From Laetmonice hystrix (lineage: Eukaryota), in contig OZ249436.1 in NCBI GenBank assembly GCA_965235115.1, positions 55,616,001 through 55,676,000 on the forward strand: 60,000 nucleotides of DNA. Direction: 5' to 3'. Below the pieces are notes generated by a model. The model did not search any database. It was not told the DNA's origin and was given only the letters and a program-made list of their open reading frames with translations. The position numbers and the translations under genes were made by a program. Numbering within the stretch: position 1 is the stretch's first letter; each line of letters opens with the position of its first letter. Shown here piece after piece: positions 47,862 through 60,000 of the stretch.

Positions 47862-48609
47862 TAACTCTATAGCCTACAAGGAACACCGGCTATATGATGG
47901 CATGTAGGGCTATCGATACGCAGGGCCTACATTTTAACTGAGCTAGAAATTGGAACGCTACATGCCTACAGGGAATACTAAAATAATTAGGCTACCATTT
48001 TTATTCGTCGCTCGATCTAATTCTCGTTTGTCCTTATTTATAACACTGTGAGGCTTATCTATAGGCCGAAATGTTAGTGGGCAAAACGGTGAAAAGTGGT
48101 GATATGTCTTGATAGGGGGGTTCACTCCCAACGACATCACCCGCTTGAGGACAATTATAAGTTCTATGTCTTCCTTGTTATATTTATAAGCATCTTCCTA
48201 TTTGTAAAATATAATCCTAAACTAAAGCCAGGGTCAGGACAATTAAGTGGTTGTGCGAAATAATCCACCCAGCGTTGAAACAAGTGACTGTACAAAATAA
48301 TCCACCCAGGGTTAGGACAAGTGGATACATTTTCTCTTTATCCCCTAGCCTAAAGATCGAATTTGTATCATCATAATTCTTATTACCAAGTTATGACTAC
48401 TTTCTCGAGAACAGGGGTCTACCTTTAAAGGAATCTGAGGAACATGAAATGTTACTCTGCATAATTTGGCCAACGATGATTGGAACTCTCTGCCGATTTT
48501 AGCATAGAGGACCTATGCATAGCATGTCAGTATCTTTAGCCTTCTGTAGTACCTCCGGGATAGCAAAAGTTATAGGCCTATTCATGCAGACATTTATAAC
48601 GTCATATTA

Positions 48610-48756
48610 CACTGGGGGATCCTGGGCCAGGCAGCATATTGACCAAAAAGGGCTCAAAATGGCCATAATCACAATAAAATCATGGCGAGCGTAGCGAGGC
48701 TAAAAAAAAAATTTGGTGCCCCCCCCCCCCTTATAAAAATCCTGGATCCCCCACTG
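48610..48756. mobile_element. hAT-like MITE, family of 10759-11178 and 57178-57478
   Basis: CACTGGGGGATCCTGG...CCTGGATCCCCCACTG; shared aaaatggc(c/t)ataatcacaataaaatcatg. Confidence 0.7.
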
Positions 48757-48908
48757 TATTATTTATAAAAGGATTGTGATACATTATAGCAGCCATACGA
48801 GCTCGGCGCCAACACACCGTGGTCCTTTATGAAGGAGAAAACAAGAGTTGGTGTTGTGGAAGTGCAACTGCTAGTATAGCCTATAGAACCTGTAATGAGC
48901 TCCAGGGG

Positions 48909-48982
48909 GTGTTTCAATAAGCGCGACGGACCAAAAATTGCAGGCGTCGCCAGTCGGACGGTCCGACGCGCTTATTAAAACA
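48909..48982. mobile_element. Tiny hairpin MITE remnant
   Basis: tgtttcaataagcgcgacggacc pairs with ggtccgacgcgcttattaaaaca. Confidence 0.55.
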
Positions 48983-48989
48983 TAGCATG

Positions 48990-49445
48990 ACGATACACTA
49001 CATGATAGTTAAAAAACGATACACTACATGACAGTAGGCCTACAAGACGATACCCTATACATTACAGCTAAAAACAAAACAAAAACAACGATACACTACA
49101 TGACAGTAGGCCTATACAAGACGATACACTATACATTACAGTTAAAAACAAAACAAAAACAAACAAAAACAACGATACACTACATGACAGTAGGCTTACA
49201 AGACGATACACTATACATTACAGTTAAAAACAAAACAAAAACAAACCAAAAAAAACCACCGATACTCTACATGACAGTAGGCCTACAAGACGATACACTA
49301 TACATTACAGTTAAAAACAAAACAAAAACAAACAAAAACAACGATACACTACATGACAGTAGGCCCACAAGATGATACACTATACATTACATGTAAAAAA
49401 AACAAAAACAAACCAAAAAAAACAATGATACACTACATGACAGTA
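48990..49445. repeat. ~70-87-bp tandem repeat (acgatacactacatgacagtaggcctacaagacgatacactatacattacagttaaaaac(aaaac)n), ~5 copies
   Basis: Seen directly; explains ORF 49028..49375. Confidence 0.92.
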
Positions 49446-49619
49446 CAGAATAGCTCCTAACATAAACATGCAGTCACCATATAGGACCTAATGTAGTGAC
49501 ATAGGTAATATCCGTAGGCCTGCCTACTAGCTAGCAACCGCCTCCATCTATGACATGACATCCTTACATACATGTTTTTAACTTTTTTTTCTTTAGTCCT
49601 CCCCTAGATGCTTAATATT

Positions 49620-50100
49620 TTTTAAAAGAGTTCCCATTTGTTTAAAAATGCATCAATTTTAACCGTATTAATAACTATTTCTCTTTCAATTCTAATTCAT
49701 ATTTTGACCTTCCCAATAACTCTTGCAAAGTAGGGGGTCCTTCAATTTACAAGTATAAATGTAATATTTTCCTAGCAGCATCACTGCATTCCAGTCTCGC
49801 ACATGTTGATCGTTTGACAGATTTCTAAACATGATGTGTTCTTCTTCTATTTCAAAACTTGCATTTATAACATTATTAAACCAGTTTACCTTGATCCCAT
49901 AAACATTTGACTTTTGTGCTTCTTACAGTATGTGATATATCGTCTCTTTCTCAGTATTACAAAAAGTGCAGAGTTCGCTTTCTTTTACACCCATTTTAAC
50001 GTTATCACATTGTGAACAACTTTGTATTGGAATTCTAAGATTTTCGTATTTTTCCATAAACTTCCATATGGTGTAATTCCTTTTCCAAATGTGGTTGTCC
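49620..50100 (-). mobile_element. L1/Tx1-clade LINE ORF2 C-terminal remnant (zf-RVT region), decayed
   Basis: Minus-strand fragments NTKILEFQYKVVHN, KMGVKESELCTFCNTEKETIYHIL*, LLGKYYIYTCKLK with frameshifts and stops. Confidence 0.8.
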
Positions 50101-52269
50101 AAGTGGTATTAAGCCTGTGGTTGGACAGCTGAATTTTTGTCAGACCCTCTTGCAGACCCATAGGTTTTACCGGTAACGGTATATGCTGAAATAGAAGATT
50201 TAGTCTTGGCCCTTTTTGTATAGTCAGGCGGGCGACTAGATGGGCCTAGCTAGGCATAGATGTGGATCTAATGGCATTGCCATTTATATGATAATAATAA
50301 GGCCTACTACACTAGGCCTATACCTTATCATTGGCGGGGCCGGAGGGGTATATACTGGGGGTTGCAATGTTACGAGGATTTCGAAGTATATTTTCTGATT
50401 GAAAGGTTCAATCCAAACATATGCACACACCCCAACCACCCCACCCCACCCCACCCGGCCACTCTTCAAGGGTGTTGAATTGAATAGGCCTATGCCCCCC
50501 CCCCCCATTTTAGAACCGCCGAGTAGGCCTAGGCCTATCATTAACACAAGATTGACTAAGTTTCTCTTGATGTGATGTAGGCCTAACCGTTATTCTTACA
50601 TCTTGTAGAAAAAAGTATTGTGGCTCTTCAATCGTATTGTTCTTCACCTCTTCGGTGACTCTTTCTTAACACATGACCCATATTTTCGGTAATGGTTGCC
50701 CCATAAATGTACAGCTGCTGGCTGCCCCCCCCCCCCCCCCAACTTTGAATGAATAACTTCCGACACCACTGCATGCAGCCCTACGAGGCATGCGGTAGTC
50801 CTACCATAATATCCCAGCCATCTCAGTGCCACCAAGAGTCACTCGGGAGACCTATATATTCGAGAGTCCGGTTTTTACAGCGAATTTGAGATGACCCCCA
50901 AGGTATAAATATAGAACACACCATGTTGTTTGCTGCAGGAAGGTCGCTGGCCTACTTCATCCCGCTGTAAATGTCAGAGGTCGCCCGCTTCACTTCAACT
51001 CTGCTCGACCCGGTTTGAACATATCCGTCGGCTTCCATCCTCTATCAGCTTTTGAAATCTTAGTGGGGGCCAGGCGAGCACACCACTAATCATGCAAGAA
51101 GGCGGGGTGTGTCAGGGGCGTTCTATAGAGGAATTTTCCTCTCGCGGGGGGAGAGTGTTTATAGAACAATTTGGCACGTAAAGCTTAATTATATGTTATG
51201 GCATTTTAGGGATTGGCCCCAGTCCATTCACATGGTCATATGGGCATACGAAATGCCTTTCGATCGGACGCCGAAAATAGCAAAATAGGCCTAGTGACAG
51301 GTACGACGGGGCGAGCCAGAATAGCCGTACGTTACTTAATCCGTCGTAATAAATAATAATATACTGTATACATGTATGCAAAGGGCTTCTCTGACATCGT
51401 GTTCCGTAGATATAGCCTACATGTATCTATTATATCCATGGCCGTGGGAATGGGGAGTGCTTTGGGTGCGGCTGCTACAACCCCTCCCCTGTATTTTAAC
51501 CGAGGTTAATGTAATGTACTGCAGCACCACCAATATTGAATGTGATATTGAGTTCCATGCCCCACAGGGAAAAAACATTCCCACGTGCTTAAAATTACCC
51601 TCTGTAGAGTTTATACTCGTGAGGCGTTGTTAGTCTATAGCCATTTTACGTTCGCTGGGAATGCGAGAGTTATTACACTGAAATGGGACGGCTTAACTGC
51701 TGGGGGTTGTATTTGAAGGGATCCTTAAAGTTTCATAATATATGACTTTAGTCCTGTGTAATTATAGGCACATCTCTTGTATAAATGGAGGGGAGGCAAA
51801 CAGTTGTGCACAATTGGACTTTGTTCGGTTCAAGAATACCCGAAAATGGAAAGTCACCTGACTATTTCCAATGCCTACTTCAAAGGCGAATACAGGGGGC
51901 ACAGGGGGCATGTGCCCACCCCTTTAGCTTCTCTAATTATATACTCATTTTAAAATACTTTGGTCATATTTTACAACATGTACTGGTGCATATTAGGACA
52001 TCATGAGTGGACATGGTGACGCGAATGGTTGTAACTTAAATATGACATAGAAGTACATAGGCCTACAACAAAAGAGCTTTAGTAATGCAAACAATCATTA
52101 ATTGTTTTTCCGTCCCCCCCCCCCCTCTTTAGTGAAATCCAGGGATTTGGTGAAATCCAGGGACCTGTCTTACTAAGGTGTGGCTATTAACGATATCGGT
52201 AGCTTCAATAGTGTCTGGTTAATAACGATCCCATTAACCAGAGGCCTCCCATTCACGGCCAGGTAGATT

Positions 52270-53570
52270 TGTTTTTGACTACCGGTAGTTATAACCTTTC
52301 TCAGAATTCAATCAATCCCATTCAAATACCTCTTTAGTCAGCCTTTCATCTTCTATTCTATTTCAGCTGTTCCCACTGCTAATATAATAATCCATCTGTC
52401 AGAAAGCAAACTGCAACCCATTTCTCCCTTGAATGCAAGTATTGGAGTAAACTTATGTACGCCCAAAAATATCCCATTGCCGTATTTTGAATGTCATCAC
52501 TAATCTTTTGATTATCATATCCCCATATCTCGGACCCGTGATTAAGAACAGGCATTACTCCAGTCTCGAAAAGTTTAGTAAATGTCTTATCCAAGATCAT
52601 TTTTATGTTTTGTTTATGCGATAAGTGCACCGAGTGCTCTACCTGCTGCATAGTATTCATCAAGCGTGATACCCAAATATTTATAGCTTGTAACAATGTC
52701 AATACTGTTTGTGTCATACTTAAACTCCTCATTCGTCCTGATCTGTATCTTTTTCCTAAAATGAATTACTTTATGTTTTTTTCTCATTGACATTCATACA
52801 GTTTTACACCACTCATACGACTTATTTAATAGGGATTATAAGTCTCTTTTACTTTCCACCAACAAGACAATATTATCGGCATAGAGGAATCTGATAACTT
52901 TGTTGTCGCCAACATTTATACCTAAACCAGTGTCCTTAACATCTTGTACTATAAGTCATTTATAAAAAAAAAGTATTAAGCATCGTCATAGAAAGGACAT
53001 CGCCTTGTCTAATTCCGGATGAAGAAATAAACCAGTCTGTATTGAAATTATTTAGTCTAATGCGCGAAATAGTGTCAGTATATCGCTTTGATAGAGTTAT
53101 AAATATTACCATTAATATTATTTTAAGTTTGTATAATAACTAGTCTCTACTGACCCAAACAAAAGCTTTTTCAAAGTCTACGAATGCTGAAAATGTAGGC
53201 AAGTGTCCATATTGTCTATTTTTAATCACAGTGGTCACTGTGTATAAATGATCCTGGCAAGATCGTTTCTTTCCGAATCTATGTTGTTCTTCAGCACACC
53301 ATTCGAGATCTTCCAATGGGATATCTTTTGTTTATGACCCCGGAGTATGCTTTATAGACACGTGACAGGAGACTGACTACTCCCTAATTCAGTGGGATGA
53401 AAGGATCCTTAGTGGAAGGTTTAGAAATTGGAGTAATAACAACTTTTAACCATAATTATAGTTGGTACTTTAGCATATAGAAAATACTTACTGAAATACA
53501 TAGACAGCAGTGTTATGACACTTGCTTGCTTGATAATCTCACTTGGTATACCATCTATGCCAATTTTTAA
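52270..53570 (-). mobile_element. Decayed non-LTR retrotransposon reverse transcriptase (CR1/L2/RTE-X-like)
   Basis: Minus-strand motifs in order: GIDGIP, AEEQHRFGKKRSCQDH, SAFVDFEKAF, SGIRQGDVLS, FLYADNIVLL (YADD degenerate), TFTKLFETGVMPVLNHGSEIWGY; multiple stops and frameshifts. Confidence 0.88.
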
Positions 53571-53712
53571 ATCAGAGTTATTATATAGAGTCGCACATTC
53601 AACTGTGTCCTGTCAATTCCACATTACATATTACTGATGTAGAGGTTTGTTGTATAAAAGTAGTATTGAAAGCTTAGTCAGAGTGCAGAAGGACGTTCGC
53701 TTTGGTGTCACC

Positions 53713-54125
53713 ATGCCAAAAGTACGAGATCTGACAAATGCAGACCGGGGAGAAATCGTCTGCCTCAGCGAGGAAGATGTTTCGGTCCAAGATATTGCCA
53801 GATGGTTTCACTGCTGCTACTAAACAGTTTACCCGGTATTGGAGATGTACCAAGAAACTACAGAAAAGAGAAAGTTTTACAGAATCAGTAGCGTCGGAAG
53901 ATAATTTTTCCAGGGGCTGAATAGGCTGATAAATATGGCTGAGTGAGTTTCAGCGGAGGGGGCTCTGCCACCCTGCTTGGATCACAGGGGAGGGGGGGGG
54001 TCGCCCCCTCTGCCCAATGGTTCCGACGCCTATGTCGGAGAGGTGGTCGGCCGAGAAAGACCACATCAGCGAGAGAAGATCGACGTCATCGCAGGACAAA
54101 AGCACAGAAGAATTGCCACAGTTCT
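53713..54125 (+). pseudogene. Tc1-family transposase N-terminal (HTH plus GRPR) remnant interrupted by a MITE
   Basis: MPKVRDLTNADRGEIVCLSEEDVSVQDIARWFHCCY*TVY... resumes after the insertion as RRGGRPRKTTSAREDR; a second short related fragment lies at ~54780-54835. Confidence 0.7.
53886..54034. mobile_element. hAT-like MITE inserted in the Tc1 remnant
   Basis: CAGTAGCGTCGGAA...TTCCGACGCCTATG imperfect TIRs; removing it rejoins the transposase sequence. Confidence 0.65.
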
Positions 54126-55267
54126 ATTTCTGGCTATTTCTGCTCATTTACGTATTTAGGACACTTGCACACCTTATTTTCCTTTTTGATAATCAAAAGC
54201 CCCCTCCCTTCCGTCCAGGCGTATGAAGCAACAAAAGAGGGTTACTTTATATGAAAAAGGCATAGAGACGGTAGGCCTAAAATGGACAAGGTCACTTAAG
54301 GACATATAAGGATATATGTTGTTCTGTAACCAGCACAATGAATTATGAAATCATAATAAAAAAAAAGAATACGTCCTTAAGTTAAAAAAAGTGTCTGCTA
54401 GTTACAAATAGCTAGAAATAGTAAAACTGATTACACAGCAACTAAAGTTTCCATAGCATATTAAAACTACAAAACTTTGAATATCTTTCAGGCTGATCCC
54501 AGTCATGCATGGTATTACATAAGCTTTGACCTTTGACCTCTGACCTTGTTGTTTGTAATAAGTGACCAGTTTGGCATCATACATTTCCGTAACCCTGACA
54601 ACCAGGCCAACAAAATGATATATGTCAACGATATACATTATTATTGCACTCAATGATACATTAAAAGGCCGGTTGGGTTACTCGAAATTTACAGCCCTTT
54701 TGTGATGCCTGCTGCAGCACTACAAGTATTGCATACAAGAGAAAGTTTTACATAGGCCTAAGTGGTTGGTTAAGGAACCCCACAGCGAGAGAAGATCGAT
54801 GTCTCCTTAGGGCAATGCACAGAAGAATGGCCGGAATATTTCCCGTCATGAAAAATTAACATTGAATATAAGTACTGAATAAAAGTCAAAACTGACCCCA
54901 AAAAAAGAAAGTTAAGATGTTATTTCAAACTGAACGTTGATGTCTCTCCAGTCTGCCCAAGATGCAGTGTGTTACTATGTCCAGTGTGTATGGGATTGAT
55001 TATCTTAGGCCTTGTATACATTCTCTATAAGATGAAAGCTTATTCAACATCATGCCCTTGTTTATACTCATAGAATGGACTTGTCAGTAGTGTAGGATAG
55101 GAGGGAATATAGAAATATTTTTTTCAAAAAGATGTCTGGAGTGTTTATATATCTTGGCTGGCGAGCTCAGGTTTGAGAAAATATAATAATATGAGGAAAT
55201 ATATATAATTTATGAGGAAATATACTATATTTCCTCATAAATTATATATATATTTCCTCCATATATA

Positions 55268-55479
55268 TCGGGTGGGCCGAAAAATTTTGGAACACTCTTT
55301 TCTGGACTGTAACTTCCATAGAAATGGCCCTATTTGTAGACGTTTTGACCCATTTATCTGAAATTTAAATAACCCCAAATAACCAGATGATATCATGTTC
55401 CAAATATTATGACATTGGGGTAAAAATTATAGAAATTACAGTCAAGAAAATTTTTTCCAATTTTTTTTGGCCCACCCGA
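55268..55479. mobile_element. Tc1/mariner-like MITE
   Basis: TA|TCGGGTGGGCCGAAAAA...TTTTTTGGCCCACCCGA with extended imperfect TIRs. Confidence 0.72.
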
Positions 55480-55485
55480 GATATA

Positions 55486-55805
55486 CAGGGTGTATAAAAA
55501 AAGAAAAGTGTACAAGAAAAGGACCTTTCTTTATTTTCAGTAAATCTGTCCAGACATATTGGTAGACGAAGGTTTCACGCTTGTTAAATTTGCTTTTCAT
55601 GATCTCTGATCCCGTTTGAAACCTTGCATTTTTGTGCGCAAGGTAATTTTAACAAGGTTTACGACTGGCCCTGTTCACACAGGCGTGACATACTGTACAT
55701 GATCATGATGTTAATAAAAGCGTGAAACCTTCGTCTATCCATTGTCTGAATGGATTTGCTGATTATAATGAAAGGTTCGTTTCTGGTCCATTTTTCTGAG
55801 TGCAT
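55486..55805. mobile_element. Tc1/mariner-like MITE with internal inverted repeats
   Basis: Starts TA|CAGGGTG; tagacgaaggtttcacgctt pairs with aagcgtgaaaccttcgtcta. Confidence 0.6.
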
Positions 55806-56125
55806 ACTCCACAGAAAATTTCCTTTGAAGTCGTCACACGTGTCTATGTATATGTTAATTAAGCTTACCCATGTGTTTCACCGTTAACCGCGGAGGAGAT
55901 GTTTCTCCTCGGTGGGGTCTGTGGTAGTTTATAGGTGTTCAAATTTTACCAGTTACGCCCGACAGGTTCTTAGCGTGGTGGTGTTTGATTGACCTGAATG
56001 CATGGTTTGAAAGTCGTCAAAGTGCAGCAAACATTCCTGACACTAACATTTAGGAAGATTTTGAAACCTGTGGCCGCTCTGAAAGTGGGAGTTAAGACAC
56101 TATGTGTCTTAACTCACAATGGCCT

Positions 56126-56356
56126 ATAGAGTGTCCCCCCCCCCCCGCAAAAAAATGAACTGAACTGGGTACTGTAAAAAGAGACAAATACTTCGCTCCA
56201 CTGAAAACGGCATAATTTTTTATTTGCTTAAGCTTGTTCCGATTTTGATGAATTAAAGACTATTTTTCATGTGAGAAGATTCCCTATCAGGATATGGAGG
56301 AACATAGGTTGTGAGGTTGACTAGTTTGGCCTGGACATTTTTTGGGGGACACCCTT
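56126..56356. mobile_element. Tc1/mariner-like MITE
   Basis: AGAGTGTCCCCC...GGGGGACACCCT termini. Confidence 0.55.
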
Positions 56357-57177
56357 TAATATTTAAATTGAATATGAGAGTTGGTTGTGAAATGTATTCC
56401 TTTCTTCAATTTCGGCTTTGCCTATTGTATTCCAGCATGTTAAATATAATAATTTTGGGACCAAATAGAGCTTACTGACACTGGGGACACTTATGAAACG
56501 AGGGACAGGGGGACAATACCTCTTTGTCCTTTTACTCGTTTTATGTAACCCCATAGCATGAACCTAAATTGTTACTGTGTAAAAGAGATCTCAGGCAATA
56601 AAAAGTAAATTCGGAAACAGCGGACGCCATGGTCAAAAACATTAATCACAGATGTCGCAAAAAGTGATGAAGAGGTCGGACCGCAGTTTGTAGACTTTTA
56701 GTCTTGAAGTGGATGCCTCTCTTGATACACGCTAACAATGCATTTTGCAGCAGAATATGTCACTATAATATAGCCTAGACCATTTATCATATACCACAAC
56801 AGGCGCGTGTGCAGGATTTTTCGCAAGGGGGAGGGTCGACATGAGGCGGGCAAAGTTCCACATTAGGTGCGCTGATGGCGTGCGTCAATATCAACTTATA
56901 AGAAACACAGAACAACACTGGCAGAGTTTTATTCCGGTGATTCTATGTGACGTCATACAATGCTGTTCTAGCAGCATGGCAGCCTCCGCGGCTCTTGTCA
57001 GCGGTACAAAAACGTTCATAACATAGTTTTGAATGATCGTACACGCTTAATCTTTCATAAGGGCTCTGTGCCCGTTTCTTTTTGTCTTCCTTCCAGGCTG
57101 GTGAATGTTGCTGCTGACTGTTCTGCCGAAAGCCGTATCACTGTAAATGAGAATAAGCGGGCAATGGTTTGCGTCTT

Positions 57178-57478
57178 CACGAGGGGATCCAGGGGGGGGG
57201 GGGGGGGGGCAAGGGTCCCGCCCCTCCCCTTAAATTTTTTTTAAGAAGATGCTTTATTAGGACCATGAAACCAGGATTCCAACAAAATCCTTTTTTTAAA
57301 AAGCCTCCAATATTGTACGTGATAGTAACATCGGGCCCAAAAGGACCGCCCCAGTCATCCAGGAGCAACATAAGTCTGGGCCATGCAGCATTGAAATTGA
57401 CGAAGAGGGGCCCAAAATGGCTATAATCACAATAAAATCATGCCACCCTCCCTTATCAAAATCCTAGATCCCCCACTG
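57178..57478. mobile_element. hAT-like MITE, family of 48610-48756
   Basis: CACGAGGGGATCCAGG...CCTAGATCCCCCACTG. Confidence 0.68.
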
Positions 57479-57790
57479 GTTTAAGGTGGTAGTTCGTCTG
57501 GCTAGTGCGTTTCCCGGGGATCTCTAGAGAAAAGAGGGGTGCGCGACCTTTTATAGGGATGCTAAAGTTGCTGACCACTAAGAGGGTGTGGCTTCCCTTT
57601 GGGGGGTCTCTTATTGTTAAGAAGTTTGGTGACACATGCAGGAGGTGTCAATCATTACTGGTGGACACGTAAAGAGCGGGAACTGGCTAATTGTGATCAC
57701 ATGCTGACCATGTACATTGTAGTTGCTGAAGCAGCTCGAGTGTGCGGGATGGCAGCAGTCGGGACGTTTTGGGAGATAGCACTTGTAGAA

Positions 57791-57871
57791 CTAGAAACCC
57801 TTAAAATAATTGTTTTTACTCAAGTTTTGTTGAATTGACTGCGTTTATTTCAATTTTCTGACTGATTTCCT
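57791..57871 (-). mobile_element. Terminal fragment of the 21795-22296 Kolobok-type family
   Basis: Reverse complement matches 21795-21877; ends GACTGATTTCCT|TTAA. Confidence 0.75.
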
Positions 57872-58145
57872 TTAACACTTGGGGTGTCTTACAGCTTGGC
57901 TCTCGGCGGCTCTCTTTCTTATTAAAGTCCGGACATAGAATTAGGCCTACCTACTAAAATATGCCTAATTCATGCAATTATAATCATAAACATATATTTC
58001 CCACGCTTTATAGAAAATGTCACTATTGATACTGGTGCAATGTAATGTTCACAGCGTGGGTAGGGAGCAGTTAACCATTTGGTATCAGCACATTGTCCGT
58101 GAGCATCGAGCGGCTTCGGAGTTGACCTGTTGCTGGCTTCCTTAA

Positions 58146-58729
58146 AAGTACACCACATCACGTAACTTCGAAAATAAAACATGTACCTGTCACCGATAGC
58201 AACCTATTGTCATATATGTAAAGACACACTGTTGCTGCAGTACTGCAGTATGATGATCTTTGTTAACTAGGATTCGGGCCGAAGCTATAACATGATAATA
58301 GCATGCAGGAGTTGGAATTTGCCTCCTCTCTCCGAAAGTGGCGCTGCAAATGCCGTCGAAAAACATTCCATAATAGTACCAAGTTCCAGGGAATCCCATG
58401 CTAACTTCCATTATATCTCCACCATATTTGAACATACGCTTGCTTTGCCTCCGAGGAAACGGGCTTTTTAGCGACGAAAATCGATGTATTCAACAGAATC
58501 AGCTAAAAAGCTAAAAAGCGGAAGTAGATTATCTGCGCGCGCATAAGGGAATTCCCCTGTTGACCGGTTATCCAAAATGGCGAAGAGGTTCGAAGATAGA
58601 GCGTGAGATCGCGACGGAGTCAGCTCAGCGTTCTCACATTAGCCTATATGTGGTTGGTCTCACTTCAATTTATTTGAGTTTTGCATGTGATACTAAGCTG
58701 ATTTTACTGGTTTTTAAAACGGTGGAGCT
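58146..58729. mobile_element. Kolobok-type element, homolog of 19631-20016
   Basis: Right end GGTGGAGCT|TTAA; putative left end TTAA|AAGTACACC; 58460-58729 aligns with 19631-20016. Confidence 0.7.
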
Positions 58730-60000
58730 TTAAGTTTTTACCCTGGTAACTATACTAATAAAATGATATGCGATTAAATAGATTTCTTCTAAAGGTAATA
58801 AAAGTATAGGTTACACATTGTATATTTAACTAACATACATCGATGTTACATACCTGGCCATGCATATATTAACGTTAAATGTCCTATCACTCTAAACCCC
58901 CTCCCCCTGAAGTTTTGAACCTTTTATGAAAACGATATAATTGGTGTGTATAGGTCCAATCTTGCCACATCAATTTCATGGTATTTGACGCAAGGGACCT
59001 CCCTATCCGGGCTTCCTGCCCATTGTACATGACGTAGGGTAGATCGAGTGTGTGTGGGGGGGGGGGGGAGAGAAGTGAACCACCGGAGATTTTGCTAATT
59101 ATAGCTTTGGGTAATCCCAACTGGCATGTCGCATGAAGTCATCAGGGAATTCCCCAAACTACAGCCTACAATGCATGGAAGCCCTGAAATATTTGATGAT
59201 GCTGTTGTCTAATAAACAAGGATCTCAGTAGTGCTTGATAACATAATCTAGGCCACATACTTGTTTTGAAGAGTAGGTCAGGATGAAAAAATAGTCATTT
59301 AGGGAGGAGTGAGCCACATGATGTATGGGAGGAGTGAACCAGTGGCTTACTCCTCCATTGATGCTGGACCACTCCTTCCTCAACTAAATACTGGCTAAGA
59401 TTTATTAGTTGTTGAAACTAATTGCTATTTACTATATTACTGATTATTATAACTGGAATAAATGCCAAAACCATAGATTATCCACAGGTTATTTACTCTA
59501 CCAACCCAAACCACACACCCGTCCAGGCCAAGCAACAATGTTCGCCTCTGTCATGTGTGGAAAAACAGTGCCAACTAGTTCCAGACTATATTCTACCCTG
59601 CCAAGAGAGAGGCAGTCTCTGTAAAATTGTGAAATGGAGAAAATTGACCCTAACGTTTATCCCTCAGACATACTTAAGTAGTTATGGCACGCGGTCTTGT
59701 AAATGCACATTATGGGGGACAGACATTGCTGGACGGCAAGAAAGAAATTTGCCTTCGAAAGGGGGGAAATGTTTTTCAAAAAAGGTAAAATAAAATGATG
59801 CTATGTGTACAGTGTTTTTACCATCAAGAACAAGCTGGACTGTTCAAAGTGGTTGGTTGACCTGCAGAAGTGACATCAGCTTTAGATCATGTTGGAAGTA
59901 CTCCTCTAGAATCCTATTGAATTGTCGCGTCAAAGATCAAATATTTCTAGGTCACTGACGTCAACGTCCTTGCTGACAATTGCAGGGTAATTGCGGACAG

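Noticed and set aside
59422..59793. Cys-rich ORF with hydrophobic N-terminus resembling a secreted peptide or toxin
   Set aside because: Starts at TTG immediately after a stop codon, has no in-frame ATG, and shows no recognisable Cys framework.

Overview
Eukaryotic genomic DNA from an invertebrate animal, probably a marine lophotrochozoan (the taxon is inferred). Almost all entries in the six-frame ORF track are noise. The window holds one well-supported gene: a complete 6-exon, + strand nicotinic acetylcholine receptor alpha subunit (alpha9/alpha10-like, cation-selective), join(1143..1287,14772..15346,21598..21642,28753..28862,36563..37098,37506..38125). This totals 2031 nt or 676 aa, with all introns GT-AG and all phases consistent. 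Its unusual traits are a ~150-aa Ser/Thr-rich extension ending in an RxxR furin-type site before the ligand-binding domain, and Phe in place of the second loop-C Tyr. Introns and the 22 kb downstream are dense with non-autonomous DNA transposons (TTAA/Kolobok-type, 9-bp-TSD AcademH-type, Harbinger-, hAT- and Tc1/mariner-like MITEs), decayed LINE and Tc1 coding remnants, SINE fragments and minisatellites. The palindrome TAGGCCTA is strongly over-represented. Short TA-site insertions in one arm of hairpin elements, plus an intact TA|GGCC...GGCC|TA element, suggest these words are transposon excision footprints. No CRISPR, rRNA, tRNA or prokaryotic system is supported.
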